This document shows positions 1 to 13,603 of a stretch of 64,000 nucleotides of DNA, piece by piece. The position numbers were made by a program, and so were the translations under genes. This stretch comes from Nemertoderma westbladi (taxonomy: Eukaryota > Animalia > Xenacoelomorpha). How positions within the stretch are numbered: position 1 is the stretch's first letter; the number at the start of each line of letters is the position of its first letter. Under the pieces are notes generated by a model that searched no databases, was not told the DNA's origin, and saw nothing but the letters and a program-made list of their open reading frames with translations. The stretch is taken from the NCBI GenBank assembly GCA_032718475.1, contig JAUCBJ010008877.1, positions 1 to 64,000 on the forward strand, given 5' to 3'.

Positions 1-674
1 CCCATACTGTATATCGGTCAGTCGGTATTTAAATCAAAACGGCATCCCGTATCAGTACATATATATTACATAATTACAATGCAACATTATTTTAATGATC
101 AAATTAATTATTATATGTATTATACTGTTATAAACAGGGATCGCACACGTACAGTCAGACAGTCAGACATCAGTAGTTACTTTTTGCGGTAGTGGTATAG
201 CTTTGCACTTTGCGGTAGCCTTACTGCCTTAGCGGTGTATACCAGTATACCGCGGTAGCGTAGTTGAGTTATAGCTGTATAGTTCATTCATACCCACAGA
301 CAGACAGACCCATACTGCCATACCTGTGGTATTTTCGTATGGCAAAAATAAGACTACTGTAAACTGTAACCTATTGTGTTATTGAGTTAATGTTTATTGA
401 CTAATTGTTTTGATTAGGTTCACTGTGTCAAGTACAATGCACACATCTCTGCATCTCCAACCACTCAACCAGACACTATATAACATTGGAGTTGGAGGTG
501 TCTCATTCAGTCATTGGTTCCCCCAAGCTTGACACTAGAACAAAGCCGCCTCCGCTTTGCAGGACATCGCTTTAAGCCGTGAGGACCAGCCAGTGCATCT
601 CATGCAGTCATGGAGTGAATAAGCATGGTGGACAGCCCATGACTTTCTTGAGACGCATCTTTCTTACTGTCTTA

Positions 675-840
675 AAAATATCGCAAGTAAAATATCGCGA
701 GTGAAAATATCGCGAGTAAATATTTTTACTCCTGATAATTTTTGAACTCGCGATATTATTCAACACGCGATATTATTCAGTTATTCAACACGCGATATTT
801 TTACTCGCGATATTTTTCAAGTCTCGATATTTTTCAATAT
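675..840. repeat. Small inverted array of AAATATCGCGAGT units (MITE-like remnant)
   Basis: Three aaatatcgc(g/a)agt units followed by their reverse complement (actcgcgatatt) several times; no clear TSD. Confidence 0.35.
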
Positions 841-1931
841 AACCGCCCCATCCTGCCATCAACAAATACCCCCCAACCTCCATTGCATTCGGGATTGCAT
901 TCGGGTAGACCTATACAGCTATAAGAACTGCCTAAAAAATTAATATACTGTCTGACTGTAGAAAGTACCCCCTTACTGCCTTACGAAAACAATGTGTACA
1001 ATGGCCAAAAAACTAAATAATAACACATCAAAAAAACGCCATCAAAATGACCGAAAACTCTGAAAACAAATAAAAAAAACAATAGAAAATAATGCTAAAT
1101 AATGGCTGAAACCAATAATAAAAAGGCCTAACAAATATGAACGAATATGTACTCTGAGTCTGCTCTGCAGTACGGTACCGCAACAGCAGTGCTGTATGCA
1201 TATGCAGTATGTTACCAGAACCAGAACCACAGTACATAGTAGGCCTACATCTGTACATCTGTACATGTACTGCAGTACCCGGTACGGTACTGCAAAATAT
1301 TTACTTAAGAACAGTCTTACTAGAACCTGTCTGCCTGTATATTATATCACTGCTGCACTGTACAGCTGTAGGATACCGTAGTTGTGCCGAATATTCGGCA
1401 ACTGGCCAACTGCTGAACTGAAATTTTAAAATTCGGCCGGAACCGAATATGCTATATTCGGCAAAATTCGGTACCGGAACGAATAATTCGGTCGATCCCT
1501 ACTGGTACTGATGACCTACCTACCCCGTGACCGCTGACCGGTTCACAAACACAACACAGGCCTAACAAGCACATACCTTTGTACGTGTACCGGTACCTGC
1601 CCACAGAGTGCTGGTCTGCTGGAGTGTTCTCAGTAATCACGCAATGCATGATGGGATATTTCCCATGATGCATTGTGTTGCTGTGTTGTGTGTAATAAGT
1701 GCGGATATGACAGTGGGCAAATGTGTAGGCCTACAACACGCACATTTCACTCAATGAGTATAAATAGTTACTGTGTTTTTAGTGTGGAAATTGTGCGGTA
1801 TTTTCGCCTGATGATGCCCTTCAAAATAAATGCGTCAATCCCACATTAATTACACACTTATCCACATAATTTACGCATTCCGCGTGCGATCCGCATGCGT
1901 TCCGCACTTTCTTGACACACTGGGATGTATG

Positions 1932-2175
1932 CGAACGTAGATCCTATCTGGGTGAACTTAGATCCTACCTAGGTGAACTTAGATCCCACCTAGGTGAACT
2001 TAGATCCCTGACTAGATGAACTTAGATCCCAGTTTATGCTATTAAAAGCTTTTGGTAATCATCAAGCTAATCGCGAAGCGAAATTAGATCCCACGTTAAA
2101 GCAAAGCGAACTTAGATCTTAGGTGAACTTAGATCCCAATTTAAACAAATAGAGGAGAAGCGAACTTAGATCCCA
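1932..2175 (+). repeat. Interspersed GAACTTAGATCC motif array
   Basis: About 9 copies of gaacttagatcc(c/t) at roughly 21-nt to irregular spacing. Confidence 0.8.
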
Positions 2176-2364
2176 TGTGTACTGTACGCTTAAAGTACAG
2201 TAGTTGCGATCCCGAGTGACTCACCAACCAACTACAATTTGCCAATTTATAGCTAAATTCGTTGCAATGTATTATTGTGGCTAAGTTCGCTTCCCTTGAA
2301 GCGCGTGATAATATTTACAGTAAGGTCTGCGGCTAGCCTATGGGAATGATATTTCACTTCTAAG

Positions 2365-3010
2365 CTGATTTGTTAACTAGTCTGGGACTTCGAGTAGCAC
2401 GTGAACAACTAAACTGACTGGTTAACTAGTATGGTACTTCAAGCAACACTTGAACAACTATGCTGACTGGTTAACTGGTCTAGGACTTCGAGCAGCACGT
2501 GAACAAATAAACTGGCTGGTTACATAGTCTGGGACTTCGAGCAGCACGTGAACAACTAAACCAGCACGTTAACTAGTCTGGAGCTTCGAGCAGCACGTAA
2601 ACAACTAAACTGACTGGTTAACTAGTCTGGGACTTCCAGTAGCACGTGATCAACTAAGCTGACTGGTTAACAAGTCTGGGACTTCGAGCAGCACTTGAAC
2701 AACTAAGCTGACTGGTTAACAAGTCTGGGACTTCGAGAAAAATTGCAAATTGAGGAGGGGGGGGGGGGGCGATGTACCAGACTAGTTAACCAGACATGTA
2801 CACTAGTTAACCAGTCAGCTTAGTTGTTCACGTGCTGTTCGAATTCCCAGACTTGTGAACCAGTCAGCTTTAATTGTTCACGTGCTACTCCAAGTCCCAG
2901 ACTAGTTAACCAGTCAGCTTAGTTGTTCACGTGCTGCTCGAAGCCCCAGACTTGTTAACCACTCAGCTTAGTTTTTCACGTGCCGCTCGAAGCCCCAGAC
3001 TAATTAACCT
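2365..3010. repeat. 49-bp tandem array followed by an inverted array of the same unit (foldback-like)
   Basis: Unit aactagtctgggacttcgagcagcacgtgaacaactaagctgactggtt, about 7.5 copies forward (2365-2737), a poly-G spacer, then about 5 reverse-complement copies (2777-3010). Confidence 0.85.
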
Positions 3011-4124
3011 TCTATCTCCCAGTGTTCCCAATTGAGAGCATTTTTTTAAATTCAAGTGGAGGAAATTTAATTGGCTTATACTGTATTACTTTTTTTAATG
3101 TTAATATGTTTAGGAAGAGTGGAATATTGTTTTTTATTTTCAACTTCAAGTGTTTTCAAACTTCAAGTTGTTCTTTTGGCATGCCAATTTTGCCAATTCT
3201 CATTTTTTTCGATTTTTGGGACATGCAAACAATAGTGGTCAAAAACGTTACAAATTTGATATTCCAAACCTGTGGCGACAATAAAATTAGACTTTTAAAT
3301 AATACAGTCCCAAACCCAATAAGCATTAACTTGGTCATTTTGGCGGCCAAAATGACCGAAATGGCCAAATATAAATTGCGGCATTCATGATAGGAACTTC
3401 TGAGGCAAGTTGGCTTGTCAATCACAGCCAGTGAATAGAGGCAGAGTGTAAGTAAAGCCCAGGAAGTTGGCAGATAGAAAAAGGCTTCACCGGACATTCC
3501 CCCCCCCAACCCCCCACCCGGACAGTTCCGTTCTGTTCGAGTAGGTCGATTACACTGTATTGTTTGCTAATCTTTAAACTATTAATTAGATGACCTATAT
3601 ATTCCATCCCCCGAATGATATATTGTTTTGTTTACTAGAGTTATAATAATTAATAGTTTTAATTATGAGCATTATTATCTAATTGTTTTCTTCAAATTGA
3701 TGCAGATGGGGTTGACTATTATTGATGCAATCAAAATTTATACCTCTCCAGGGGAAAATCGACATGCGTCGACCTGTATTCTGTGTTCAGCATTAATGCA
3801 TGTTAAATCGCTTCGCCAAAACGACCAAGTAGCCCATAGGAATACACTACATTTTTTTTGGCGATTTTGGTCATTTTGGCCGCCAAAACGACCAAGTTAA
3901 TGCTTATTGGGATTGGGAATGTATGACATTATTATTTGAAAAAAAAAAATCAGAAAAACGACCATCTTGTGCCAAATTACTCCCTTTAAGGGGGGGGGGG
4001 GGGGGGGGGGTACACCAATTTCGAACAACTCTTCGATTTATCACTCTCAGCGTTTCAAAATTGTTTGGTTTCGGCTAAAATTTTGAATATACAGTACAGT
4101 AGGTGCCTAAGATGCTATTCTACA

Positions 4125-5332
4125 GGATAGTACTCTACACGAATCTGGACCGAACTGGACCGAACTGAACCGAACTGGATCGAAAGAGAGGCGAACTGGA
4201 CCGAACTGGACCGCCAAATGAAAGATAATGCAAAAACAACCACCCATGCAGACAAGTGAAAATAAATATTGAAATAAATATTGTTATTTCATCCATTGTA
4301 AATAAAATAGCGTATAAGATGCCGCTAAATTAAGATTACTTCTTCTAACATTGATGTTGCACTGCTTTCACCAGTACCGGTACCAGTCCCACATCTGCAT
4401 GTCTGTAGATTGCAGTATTTTGTGCACCGGCTGACCGGTAGTTCAAAAGTTGTGTTCAATGACATGTAGAGAGACCTACCACATAATACTGCAATATACT
4501 GATATACATACGTAACATTATTATCTTTACCATCTTTATTTTTTAAAATTAATCTCACTTAGCAGCTTAGTACTGTAGTACAGTAGTATCTCTGCACCTA
4601 GCAGCCTAGACGTATATACTGGTTGGAGTAATTCAGTACCGGTTGCCGGTAGGCCTACTTATTTGAATTTCTGCTTGTTTGGTTAAGGGCCAAATTATGT
4701 TTAATGCAATGTAACGGATATTGAACAATGCAGCAATGACAGACGGTACCGGTAGCCGAAGTACCAAGGAATTAATAAACTTTATTTTGCAACTCAAGTC
4801 CAAGTAGTGGCGGTAGTCCGGAGCAACTAGGCCTATCGGGAAATACGGTTGGCGAATATGGTGGGCGGTCGCCCAGACTACAAAACATGAATTATAATAA
4901 AAAGTTTAATTTTAAAAAATAAAGATGGTAAAGATAATAATGTTACGTATGTATATCAGTATATTGCAGTATTATGTGGTAGGTCTCTCTACATGTCATT
5001 AACACAACTTTTGAACTACCGGTCAGCCGGTGCACAAAATACTGCAATCTACAGACATGCAGATGTGGGACTGGTACCGGTACTGGTGAAAGCAGTGCAA
5101 CATCAATGTTAGAAGAAGTAATCTTAATTTAGCGGCATCTTATACGCTATTTTATTTACAATGGATGAAATAACAATATTTATTTCAATATTTATTTTCA
5201 CTTGTCTGCATGGGTGGTTGTTTTTGCATTATCTTTCATTTGGCGGTCCAGTTCGGTCCAGTTCGCCTCTCTTTCGATCCAGTTCGGTTCAGTTCGGTCC
5301 AGTTCGGTCCAGATTCGTGTAGAGTACTATCC
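4125..5332. mobile_element. Non-autonomous Mutator-like (MULE) DNA transposon with ~428-bp TIRs
   Basis: GGATAGTACT...AGTACTATCC termini; TIRs 4125-4552 and 4906-5332 near-identical; perfect 9-bp TSD TATTCTACA at 4116-4124 and 5333-5341. Confidence 0.9.
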
Positions 5333-5719
5333 TATTCTACATGCCAGGTCAGTACCATTTAATATTAGTTAATACTAGTTATCAATAAAAAAAACTTGGT
5401 TGCGCTTAAAACCCTAAGGCTTTTACAGTTTTGAATCTAATCACATGAAAGTTTTTTTTATATGATATATCAAAGATGGGGCAACATAACTATCAGGCGA
5501 AATTTTGTGAAAATAATTCTGCACCGCAGAATTATTTACGTTACGGTAATACGCAAATTATTTTTTTCGGAATTCAGAAACGTAACGTAATTTCGAATTT
5601 ATTCCGAAATGTAATAGCGTAACGTAAAAAGTTCAGTTTTTCAAACGTAACGTAACGTAACGTACAGTATAACATCCTTGATCAGTTGTTTAAAACAAGT
5701 GTGACGGTACTGTATGAAG

Positions 5720-6085
5720 GTTAAAAGAACAGGTTTCAGAGGCATGCTTTTCTAACCACAACAATAAAAGATCACTTTACCAATTGAGGGAAAGGAGCAG
5801 GTTACATAGACGGCAATTTCTAACCAAAACAATAAATGATAACATTACCAAGTGAGTGAAAGGAACAGATTACAGAGGCAGGCTTTACAAACCAAAACAA
5901 TTAACAGAAGCAGGCTTTTCTAAAACAATAAACGGTCACTTTATCAAAAGAGGGAAAGGAACAGGTTGCAGAGGCGGGATTTTCTAACCCATCCAAAACA
6001 ATATACGATCACTTAATTAATTAAAAGAAAAGATAAGGTTACAGGCGGGCTTTTCTAACCAAAACAATAAACGATTATTTAACAA
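5720..6085 (+). repeat. Degenerate ~60-bp tandem repeat
   Basis: About 6 units of aggaacaggttacagaggc..ttttctaaccaaaacaataaa; a related inverted copy lies near 20725-20775. Confidence 0.7.
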
Positions 6086-7050
6086 TTTAGGAAATGGATT
6101 ATTTTACGGCGGCATGATTTTATGTATATTTGTAAATATCCTTTATTGGGACAACCTCTTTCATCCGGTCTTTTTAGCTAAATACGGCCCGATGGGACTA
6201 TCCAAGTTGGAACGAGTAGTTTTTTCTACCACATACTGTCGGAGTTTGTGGACTGATCTGTTCTGTTGGAACTGGTGGTGCGGCTATCCGTAATACTGTA
6301 GTACACAGACAGTAGATACATTATAAACTGATAAATGTGAAAGGTACAGTAAAGCCTGTTTGGCCTATTAATTATTTGAAATATATTTCGATAACTATTT
6401 AAAAGGTAGGCTACAGTATCGGTACTGAAGTTAGTTAATTAATTACCATCATTCTGTCATCACAAGATCAGTACCTAATGTACAGTAGTATAATACAGTA
6501 TTATTCTTTTTAAGGGGGGACTCCCCCACCCCCCCCCCCCCCCCCCCATGAACACTTTTTTAAAATGTTTACAATTTCTACTGAAATTAAAATATTTTGA
6601 TTTTATACAGTATGGGATGTTAAAATATGGCTAAACATTTGTTTTTTCGAAAAATTTTCAAATTTCAAGTCGCCTTCTAGCGGCCATTGAATGAAACAAT
6701 ATTTGCGGTTAAGATGCTACTAGTCATTCAATTTTAGGTGAAATTAAAACTTTGATTTAGCCATTTCTTAAAATTAATTAATATTTGGCAAAATTTAAAC
6801 AAATTTTTGGCTTTAATCTGAAAAATTGGCTGTAAAAACAGAAATATGAACTAATAACTTTTAAAGAACACCCGAATCCCTTTCGAATGAGCCAATAATA
6901 AAAAAATTGGTTAAAAAATGGCGGAGGGGTAGTAATTTTAAAAATGAAAAATGTCATTCCAAGATAATTGTTAAGACGAACGGCCTCCCAAAGTAGACTC
7001 CACGGGGAAATTAGTTTTTTAGCCTGATATTTATACTATTTATTTAATGC

Positions 7051-7301
7051 ATTATTTTTAACGTGATTTGCTTTGTGTCCTATCTATTTGGTGTACTATT
7101 TTTTAGCTTGCAATTTATCCTATGAAATCTATGCGGTGTATTATTTCGGCTTATAATTTATTTATGTCTTTAATTATTATTTTTAACGTGATTTGCTTTG
7201 TGTCCTATCTATTTGGTGTACTATTTTTTAGCTTGCAATTTATCCTATGAAATCTATGCGGTGTATTATTTCGGCTTATAATCTATTTATGTCTTTAATT
7301 A
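7051..7301 (+). repeat. 125-bp tandem duplication
   Basis: attatttttaacgtgatttgc... starts at 7051 and again at 7176, nearly identical. Confidence 0.85.
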
Positions 7302-7887
7302 TTTATTTAGTGTATTATTTTTGGCGTACAATCTATAATGTTGATCTATTTGCTGGGTGATTATTTTCGGCTTAGGGCTTGTTCTGTATTGATTTTGTTG
7401 GTGTGCGTACTTGTATATTGGCTGTGACGACATCTATTGGGTTATGATTTTCATTGGTGGGCCGCGAGTTGATCATTGGGTTTATTTTTAGCTCGGTTAT
7501 TATTGGTATGTACCTTTATACCTCGCCTGGGGCGGGCTCGGGTATTGCGTGGGGTGGGCGTACTTAGCTGCTATACCGGTATTGGATATGTAAACACGAT
7601 TGGCTTCTGTAAAGTTGTAGGATAATATGTGGCCATTATTGCTTTTGTAAGTTTTGATTGGAGGATTCCTTTCGGGAGAGGGGGGGTGTATTCAAGGCTT
7701 GGCTTTGTGACATTATTGCTTTGAATGTTGTAGCTAATAATAGCCTAGATTAGGATGGTTGAAGTTTGTGTTACTCTATTGTTGCAAGGGTCAAACTGAT
7801 TACAGCTCGTTTGCTTGTCTGCCCGTTGAGGTAATGTGCAGTTTGTTCGGTAATCTGTTAACACCTTTTATATTGGTTGAGTTTTGG

Positions 7888-8341
7888 TATATAAACTATA
7901 GTTATGGGATTCATTAGTCAGTAGCCTACGAACCCCAGCCAACTGTCACGCCATTTAATTAATGTTTTTTTTCTTTTGGTCCTGGCCTGGTAATTTTATT
8001 ATTATTATTAATGCAATTTTGCTAAATTTTACTGTCTGATTGAAATTAAATAAAAATTAAACCTACACTGAACGTATTTAACTATTTTTCTTTATGTTTT
8101 CGTCATGGTGAAAACGAATCACGGGCTCGCCGATCTCTAGATCAAGGAAGGAAACCATCCGGATAACCCCCCCCCCCCCCCCTACCCCTCTCGTATAGGC
8201 ATACTCTTTAAAAAAGGGCAAGCACATACCAGGCTACCGCACTCCCCACACACTCCATGAACCTTATAGGGAATCGAAGGCAACCACACGCTGGCCTGGT
8301 AGATAGTCTGCACACACCCCCTTTTTACATTCGAACCGGAT
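7888..8341 (+). promoter_or_regulatory. Probable 3' part of the 5' LTR of BEL/Pao element 1 (TATA, Inr, polyA signal) plus tRNA-Tyr-type PBS remnant
   Basis: TATATAAA 7888-7895, TCAGT 7918-7922, AATAAA 8049-8054, then ...TTTACA (8329) followed by TTCGAACCGGAT, the distal part of a TGGTCCTTCGA(A/G)CCGGAT PBS. No second LTR is available to confirm the boundaries. Confidence 0.5.
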
Positions 8342-11300
8342 ACTACCGAACTATGGATGACACCATCCGTGGGGATTCTGGCAATACGGAACCGGCGATC
8401 AACGATACCCGAGACGGGCGCAGTCGAGCATCCTCCCACACCGGTAGCGCTAAAACCACGGCGAGTTCGGCGGCACGACTTGCCAAACATGGAGCTCGGA
8501 TGATCGGCTTCCGAGTTCAAGCCGAACGGGAATGGATCCGTAAGGAACAGTTGAGGGCAATAAAGGAACGAGGATGGATACATCAGGAACAGGAACGTAA
8601 ACTGGAAGAATTGAGGATCTCCGAAGAACGTAAACTGGAAGAATTGAGGATCTCCGAGGAACGTAAACTGGAAGAATTGAGGATCTCCGATGAACGCGGG
8701 CTGGAAAAACTGATACGAGAGGCTGCTGAGGTGGAATTCGAAGCGCGACTCTGGGAGGAAGAAGCTAAGGAGGACTGCGAGGAAGGACTCTCGGGCAGGC
8801 TTCGGGAGTTCGACGGTGAGTTGGATCCAGGAACTGAGGATGCCAGACCGTGTCACGGTGGCGCGGTCAGGGGTGAAGGGACGGACGGACCTGAATCATT
8901 CGGGTTCACCGTCTCGCCTCAGGGAAACACGGAACGGTGGGCGACAACAGATAACTCGGGTGTCACACAGGTACGGGCGGTCATGGGGTCGGAGAGTGTA
9001 CCGGTACGTACACAACGCGGCTCCCAGCCAATGGCTTCATCCTCCCCAAGGCCGGAACCGAAATCGGAGGAAGAAGGACGCGAGATTCGGGGTGCGGCAC
9101 AACGTCAGGGTGGTGTTGTGGCAACCCCGGTCGTAACGGACTATGGTCGGGATGCGGTGCAATGTCAGGGTGGCATTGCACAAGTCCCGGTCGTAACGGG
9201 CCATGGCTGGGATGCGGCACGGCGCCACGGTGGTGTTGTGGAAATCCCGGCTGTGTCGGACGACAACAACCTTCGGGCGGATCGGAAACCCTTGGGTTTA
9301 TTCGGGAACTCTCGGACTGTGACAGAGGTTAAGCCGAGGGATGTGGGGGCCGCCTACAACCTTCCGCCTATAAAACCTTCGGCTCGATCAATGGACGACG
9401 GGGCGCCAGAGGATTACAGGCGACTAGACGCCCACGCACAACCCTTTATCCCCAGGGATCGGACTCCCCATTCTTCCGCGGATCCCTGGGTAGGGTCGGT
9501 CGATTCGTGGATTGACGAACTCATCCCCGGAATGGAAACTGTAGTTCGGGGTGGCGAAGGAGCACAGAGTCTGGAGGTGGCGCTAATGCGACTCAGGGAC
9601 GAACGGGGCGCGCCGGAGGTGCGGCTGCTGCGGTTCGACGGGAACCCGATTCAGTGGCCGCAGTTCATCGAGCGGTTTTACGAGCTCGTACACCGTCGTG
9701 TACATTATACGGATGCTCGTCGCCTCGCGCTGCTTCAAGGGCAACTCGATGGGACGGCCAAGGATACCGTTGCGGGGTACGGTTGCAGCGGTGGAGCTTA
9801 CGCCCAGGTGCTCCAGACTCTTAAATGGCAGTTCGCGCACCCGTCACTCGTCTCCCGGGTCTTTATAAACTCTATCGCGGAGGGGAAACAGATCCCCGCG
9901 CGGGACAAGGTGGCATTGAGACAGTTCCATACGAATATAACTCTGTGTATTTATACACTACGGGCCATGGGTAATCTCGCGGACATATACTCTGTGGAAA
10001 CGCTGCGGCGGGTCTATATGCGGCTGCCCGATCACCTGCAATGGAAGTGGCAGCAGCATTGCGTAAATATCAGAGAGGGTTCCGGTCGCGGAACACCGGA
10101 AGACCCATCGCTGATACACCTGGAGGCATGGTTGGGTCGCTGTGTGCGAGCGCTGTTCGAGCCAACCACGACAGACTTAAGCGAGTTTACCAACTACAGC
10201 TCCGGGATCGGGAAGCCACGGTTCGTAAAGCCGAGAGAAGAAACCTTGGCTAAACGCGCGGTAGCGCTTGTCTCTGGGGACGTGAGGAAGGGGACGAGAT
10301 CGGAGAACCTGAACTCGGTTAGCCATTCGGTATCCTGCCGCTCTACGGACTGTTGCGTCCTCTGTCAGGGGGATCACACAACGAGAAACTGTGAGAACTT
10401 TAAGGGTCTAACGACGAAGCAACAAATGGATAAAGTCCACGTACTCGAACTCTGTTTTAAGTGTTTGGAAGCGGGCCATCGGGGCGGCGACTGCCCGAAG
10501 CCGGTACCGTGCGACGCAGGGGGTTGCGAACGGCGGCATCATCCCCTCTTACACACGGCCTTCAACGAACTAAACTCGAGGATCGGCGGTGGGATAACGG
10601 GAATCGGGAAAGAGAGATCCGGTTACTCGGCGGCTACGGCGGATTGCGACGTGGTATCGGACGACCACGCGACGGGGTGGGAGGAGGACGGCGGCATTCT
10701 CCTCCCTATTGTACCGTGCCGGCTTTATGGGAAAGGAGGGGCGATGGTAGAGGGCGTCGTCATGCTGGATCCGTGTAGCGAACTGACTTTGATTGTCGAC
10801 GAGGTCGCGAATAAACTCAGGTTGGGGGGTGAACGGCGCACATTAACGATAGGGAATGTCGAACGGGATGGGCCGCAATGGGAGGCGCGGAGGGTGGCTT
10901 TCGGTATTGGGCCGCGGGATGGGAGCCACAAGGCTGTGGAAGTGGGCGAGGCGTGGACTATCTCCGTTATAAATGTACCGAGGCGCCGTATGTCATGCGA
11001 TAACCTCACAACATCGTATCCTCATCTCGTCGGTATACCAATACCGACAGATGTGGATTACTCGCGGGTTATAGCACTCATTGGCGCCAACGTACCTGAG
11101 ATAGTCTGCCCCTTAGAGGTAAAACGGGGGGACCCGGGACAGCCTTATGCACTACGGACTCTGTGCGGCTGGACGGTATGGGGGCCGGTGGGCGCTGGTA
11201 GAGGGTCGAGGGTTACACGGAAACATTGCGGGGTGACGGGGAAGGCGGGCGATGGGGAATTGGATAAACAGCTCGAGGAGTTTTGGACCACGGAGGGCTT

Positions 11301-13385
11301 TGGGACGAAGTTTAATGAGGATCGGCCGACTTCGCACGACGACCGTACGGCGATGAAAATGATGGAAGCCTCCAAGAAAAGGTTACCTAGCGGTCGCTTT
11401 ATGGTCGGGATGCCGTGGAAGGAATCGAGACTGAAACTCCCCGACAATCGAGCCACAGCGCGTTCGCAACTCTTGTCGTTGGAAAGGAAATTCTCTAAAA
11501 ACTCTCTGTTCGAAAAACTCTATCGGGAAATGTTGGGCTCGTATATTACGGACGGATATGCGCGCCGCACCACGAAGGAAGAGTTAGAGAAGAAGGACGA
11601 CCGAGTCTGGTATCTTCCCCATCACGGCGTAGTCTCGGCTAAGAAACCGGGAAAGGTGCGCGTCGTATTTAACGCTGCCAACCGCCACCGGGGGGTAGCG
11701 CTTAACGATAAGCTTTACTCGGGACCGGACTTGTTAAACACCTTGGCGGGAGTTCTCATGCGATTCCGGCAAAACAAAATCGCATTCGCCGCCGATATTA
11801 AAGCGATGTACCACCAAATTCGTGTACCGGAACGGGATCAACGCTCACTGCGGTTTCTCTGGCGCCATAGCGTTACCGAACCGATACTCACTTATCAGAT
11901 GACGGTTCAGGTATTCGGCGTTATCTGCTCCCAGGCGTGCGCGTGTTACGCGTTGAGGTCTGCCGTCCTGGATGACCCGTGCCCCCCGGACATACGGCGC
12001 GCGGTCCTGGAATCCTTTTATTCGGACGACCTATTGGGATCGACAGCCGAGACCGCACAGGCCATTGCGTTAGTGAGCGGGCTACGGGAACGACTCAAGG
12101 ATTACGGGATGCACCTCGTAAAGTGGGCCAGTAGTTCGCGGGAACTACTCGGGACCATACCGTCGGAGGAGCGGGCAACGCCAACCATCGACTTGGCCGG
12201 GGACGACTTACCAACGGATCGAGCGCTTGGGATTAGCTGGGAAATGGAAGCGGATGTGATTAGATTCGACTTCGCGGGAGTCAGCGAGGAGGGTTCGAAA
12301 CGGGAAATTCTGTCCACAATAAGTTCTATTTTCGATCCACTAGGATTCCTCGTTCCCGTAATATTCATTGCTAAATGTATCATGCAGAAACTCTGGGCGT
12401 TAAAGGTTCTCGAGATATGGCTGGGATGGAAAGACGATGCGAAAAATCTGTCGGGCCTGCGAATTCCCCGATGGTACGAAACGGGACTCTCAGGGTTAGT
12501 GGTGGGCCGGGAGATCCACGTTTTCTGCGACGCATCCGAAGAAGGCTTCGCGTGTGTGGCGTATGTTCGTTCGGAACTCAGCGACAAGTCGGCGCGATGC
12601 TCCTTCATTGCGGGGAAGAGCAGATTGGCGCCAATGAAACGACTGTCCATACCTCGACTGTAACTCCAGGCGGCGGTGCTGGGGATCCGCTTAGCTGAGA
12701 CTTTAAGGGGAGAGCTAAGGATGGTAATTTCCCGAACTGTCTATTGGTCTGATTCCACAACGGTGCTGCGGTGGATAGGAAATCCTTCTAGGCGTTTCCA
12801 CACCTTCGTCGGGAATCGGGTTGCCGAAATCATGGATTCGTCGGAACGAACGGATTGGCGGCATGTACCGGGGGATCTTAATCCGGCGGATGACGGGACG
12901 AGGGGACTCGCAGCTGCGGAGCTAGTTGAGTCGAGCCGATGGTTCCAAGGACCGCCATTCTTACGAACCGAACCACGGAATTGGCCCGCGTCGCCAATTA
13001 TTAAGGAGGACGATACAGATCCCGAGATCAAACTTTGTGGGGCCTCGTTTCGCTCCTCCGGTCGGGCAGGGGCGGTTATTGACTTACGGCGGTATTCTCG
13101 CTATCGCCAGGCGCTGAGGAGGGTTGCGTGGGTGATGCGGTTCATCCACAACATCAAACGGGGGGACCGATCGACTCGACATTCCGGACCCCTCTCGGTC
13201 GACGAACTAGAGGACGCGAAGATCGGAATGATAAAGGGTGATCAATCCGAATTCTTCGCAGGAGAGGTTGAGCGAATCCATGCGGGGAAGGAGATTCATC
13301 GAAACAGTCCCCTAAGTAAACTCCAACCGTGGTTATCGGGGAACGGGCTTCTGCGAGTCGGAGGTCGACTACATAACGTTCGTTC
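8257..13385 (+). pseudogene. BEL/Pao element 1 gag-pol, nonsense-interrupted and 3' truncated (integrase lost)
   Basis: Gag FDGNPIQWPQF (DUF1759-like); three Cys/His knuckles (CVLC..H..C, CFKC..GH..C, C..GC..HHPLLH); protease LDPCS; RT WYLPHH/ADIKAMY/FYSDD; RNase H FCDAS. TAA at 12661 replaces the E of IPRLE and the frame continues (12676 ORF). Homology ends after LLRVGGRL. Confidence 0.93.
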
Positions 13386-13603
13386 AAAAATGCAGAGGAA
13401 ATGTAATAATTACATGTTCAACATGTCTATTTTCTAGTAGAGCAAAAAAAAATTCAAAAAATGCGATTGTTAAATTGTTAAAATATTAATCCAAAATTTT
13501 ATACAAATTGTCTATTTTCTAGTAGAGCAAAAAAAAATTCAAAAAATGCTATTGTTAAAATATTAATCCAAAATTTTATACAAATTTAGGTGGTCGTTCA
13601 CAT

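Larger units (their letters stand above)
1925..3590 (+). repeat. Copy A of a >=1.7-kb dispersed repeat or segmental duplication (copy B at 62266-64000)
   Basis: Colinear, highly similar sequence starting atgtatgcgaacgtagatcc at both 1925 and 62266, with the same internal repeat arrays. Confidence 0.9.

Noticed and set aside
2365-3010. CRISPR-like array (also the 15-bp and 47-50-bp arrays)
   Set aside because: Units are contiguous with no unique spacers, there are no cas genes, and the context is eukaryotic.
1917-3025. CACTG-type (CMC) transposon from ACACTGGGA/TCCCAGTGT termini
   Set aside because: Only 9 bp, no matching TSD, and copy B lacks the left terminus.
3022-3509. ORFs shared with 63424-63831
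   Set aside because: Non-ATG or inconsistent starts, frame differences between the copies, and they sit in a repeat.
8227-8301. Self-priming signal in BEL-1 (TACCAGGC / GCCTGGTA)
   Set aside because: Better explained as a U5 hairpin, since a tRNA-Tyr-type PBS remnant lies at 8330-8341.
8182-13387. Many antisense and alternate-frame ORFs over the gag-pol genes (also 26900-30600 and 49270-55630)
   Set aside because: Shadow ORFs of GC-richer coding sequence and repeats, with no motifs.
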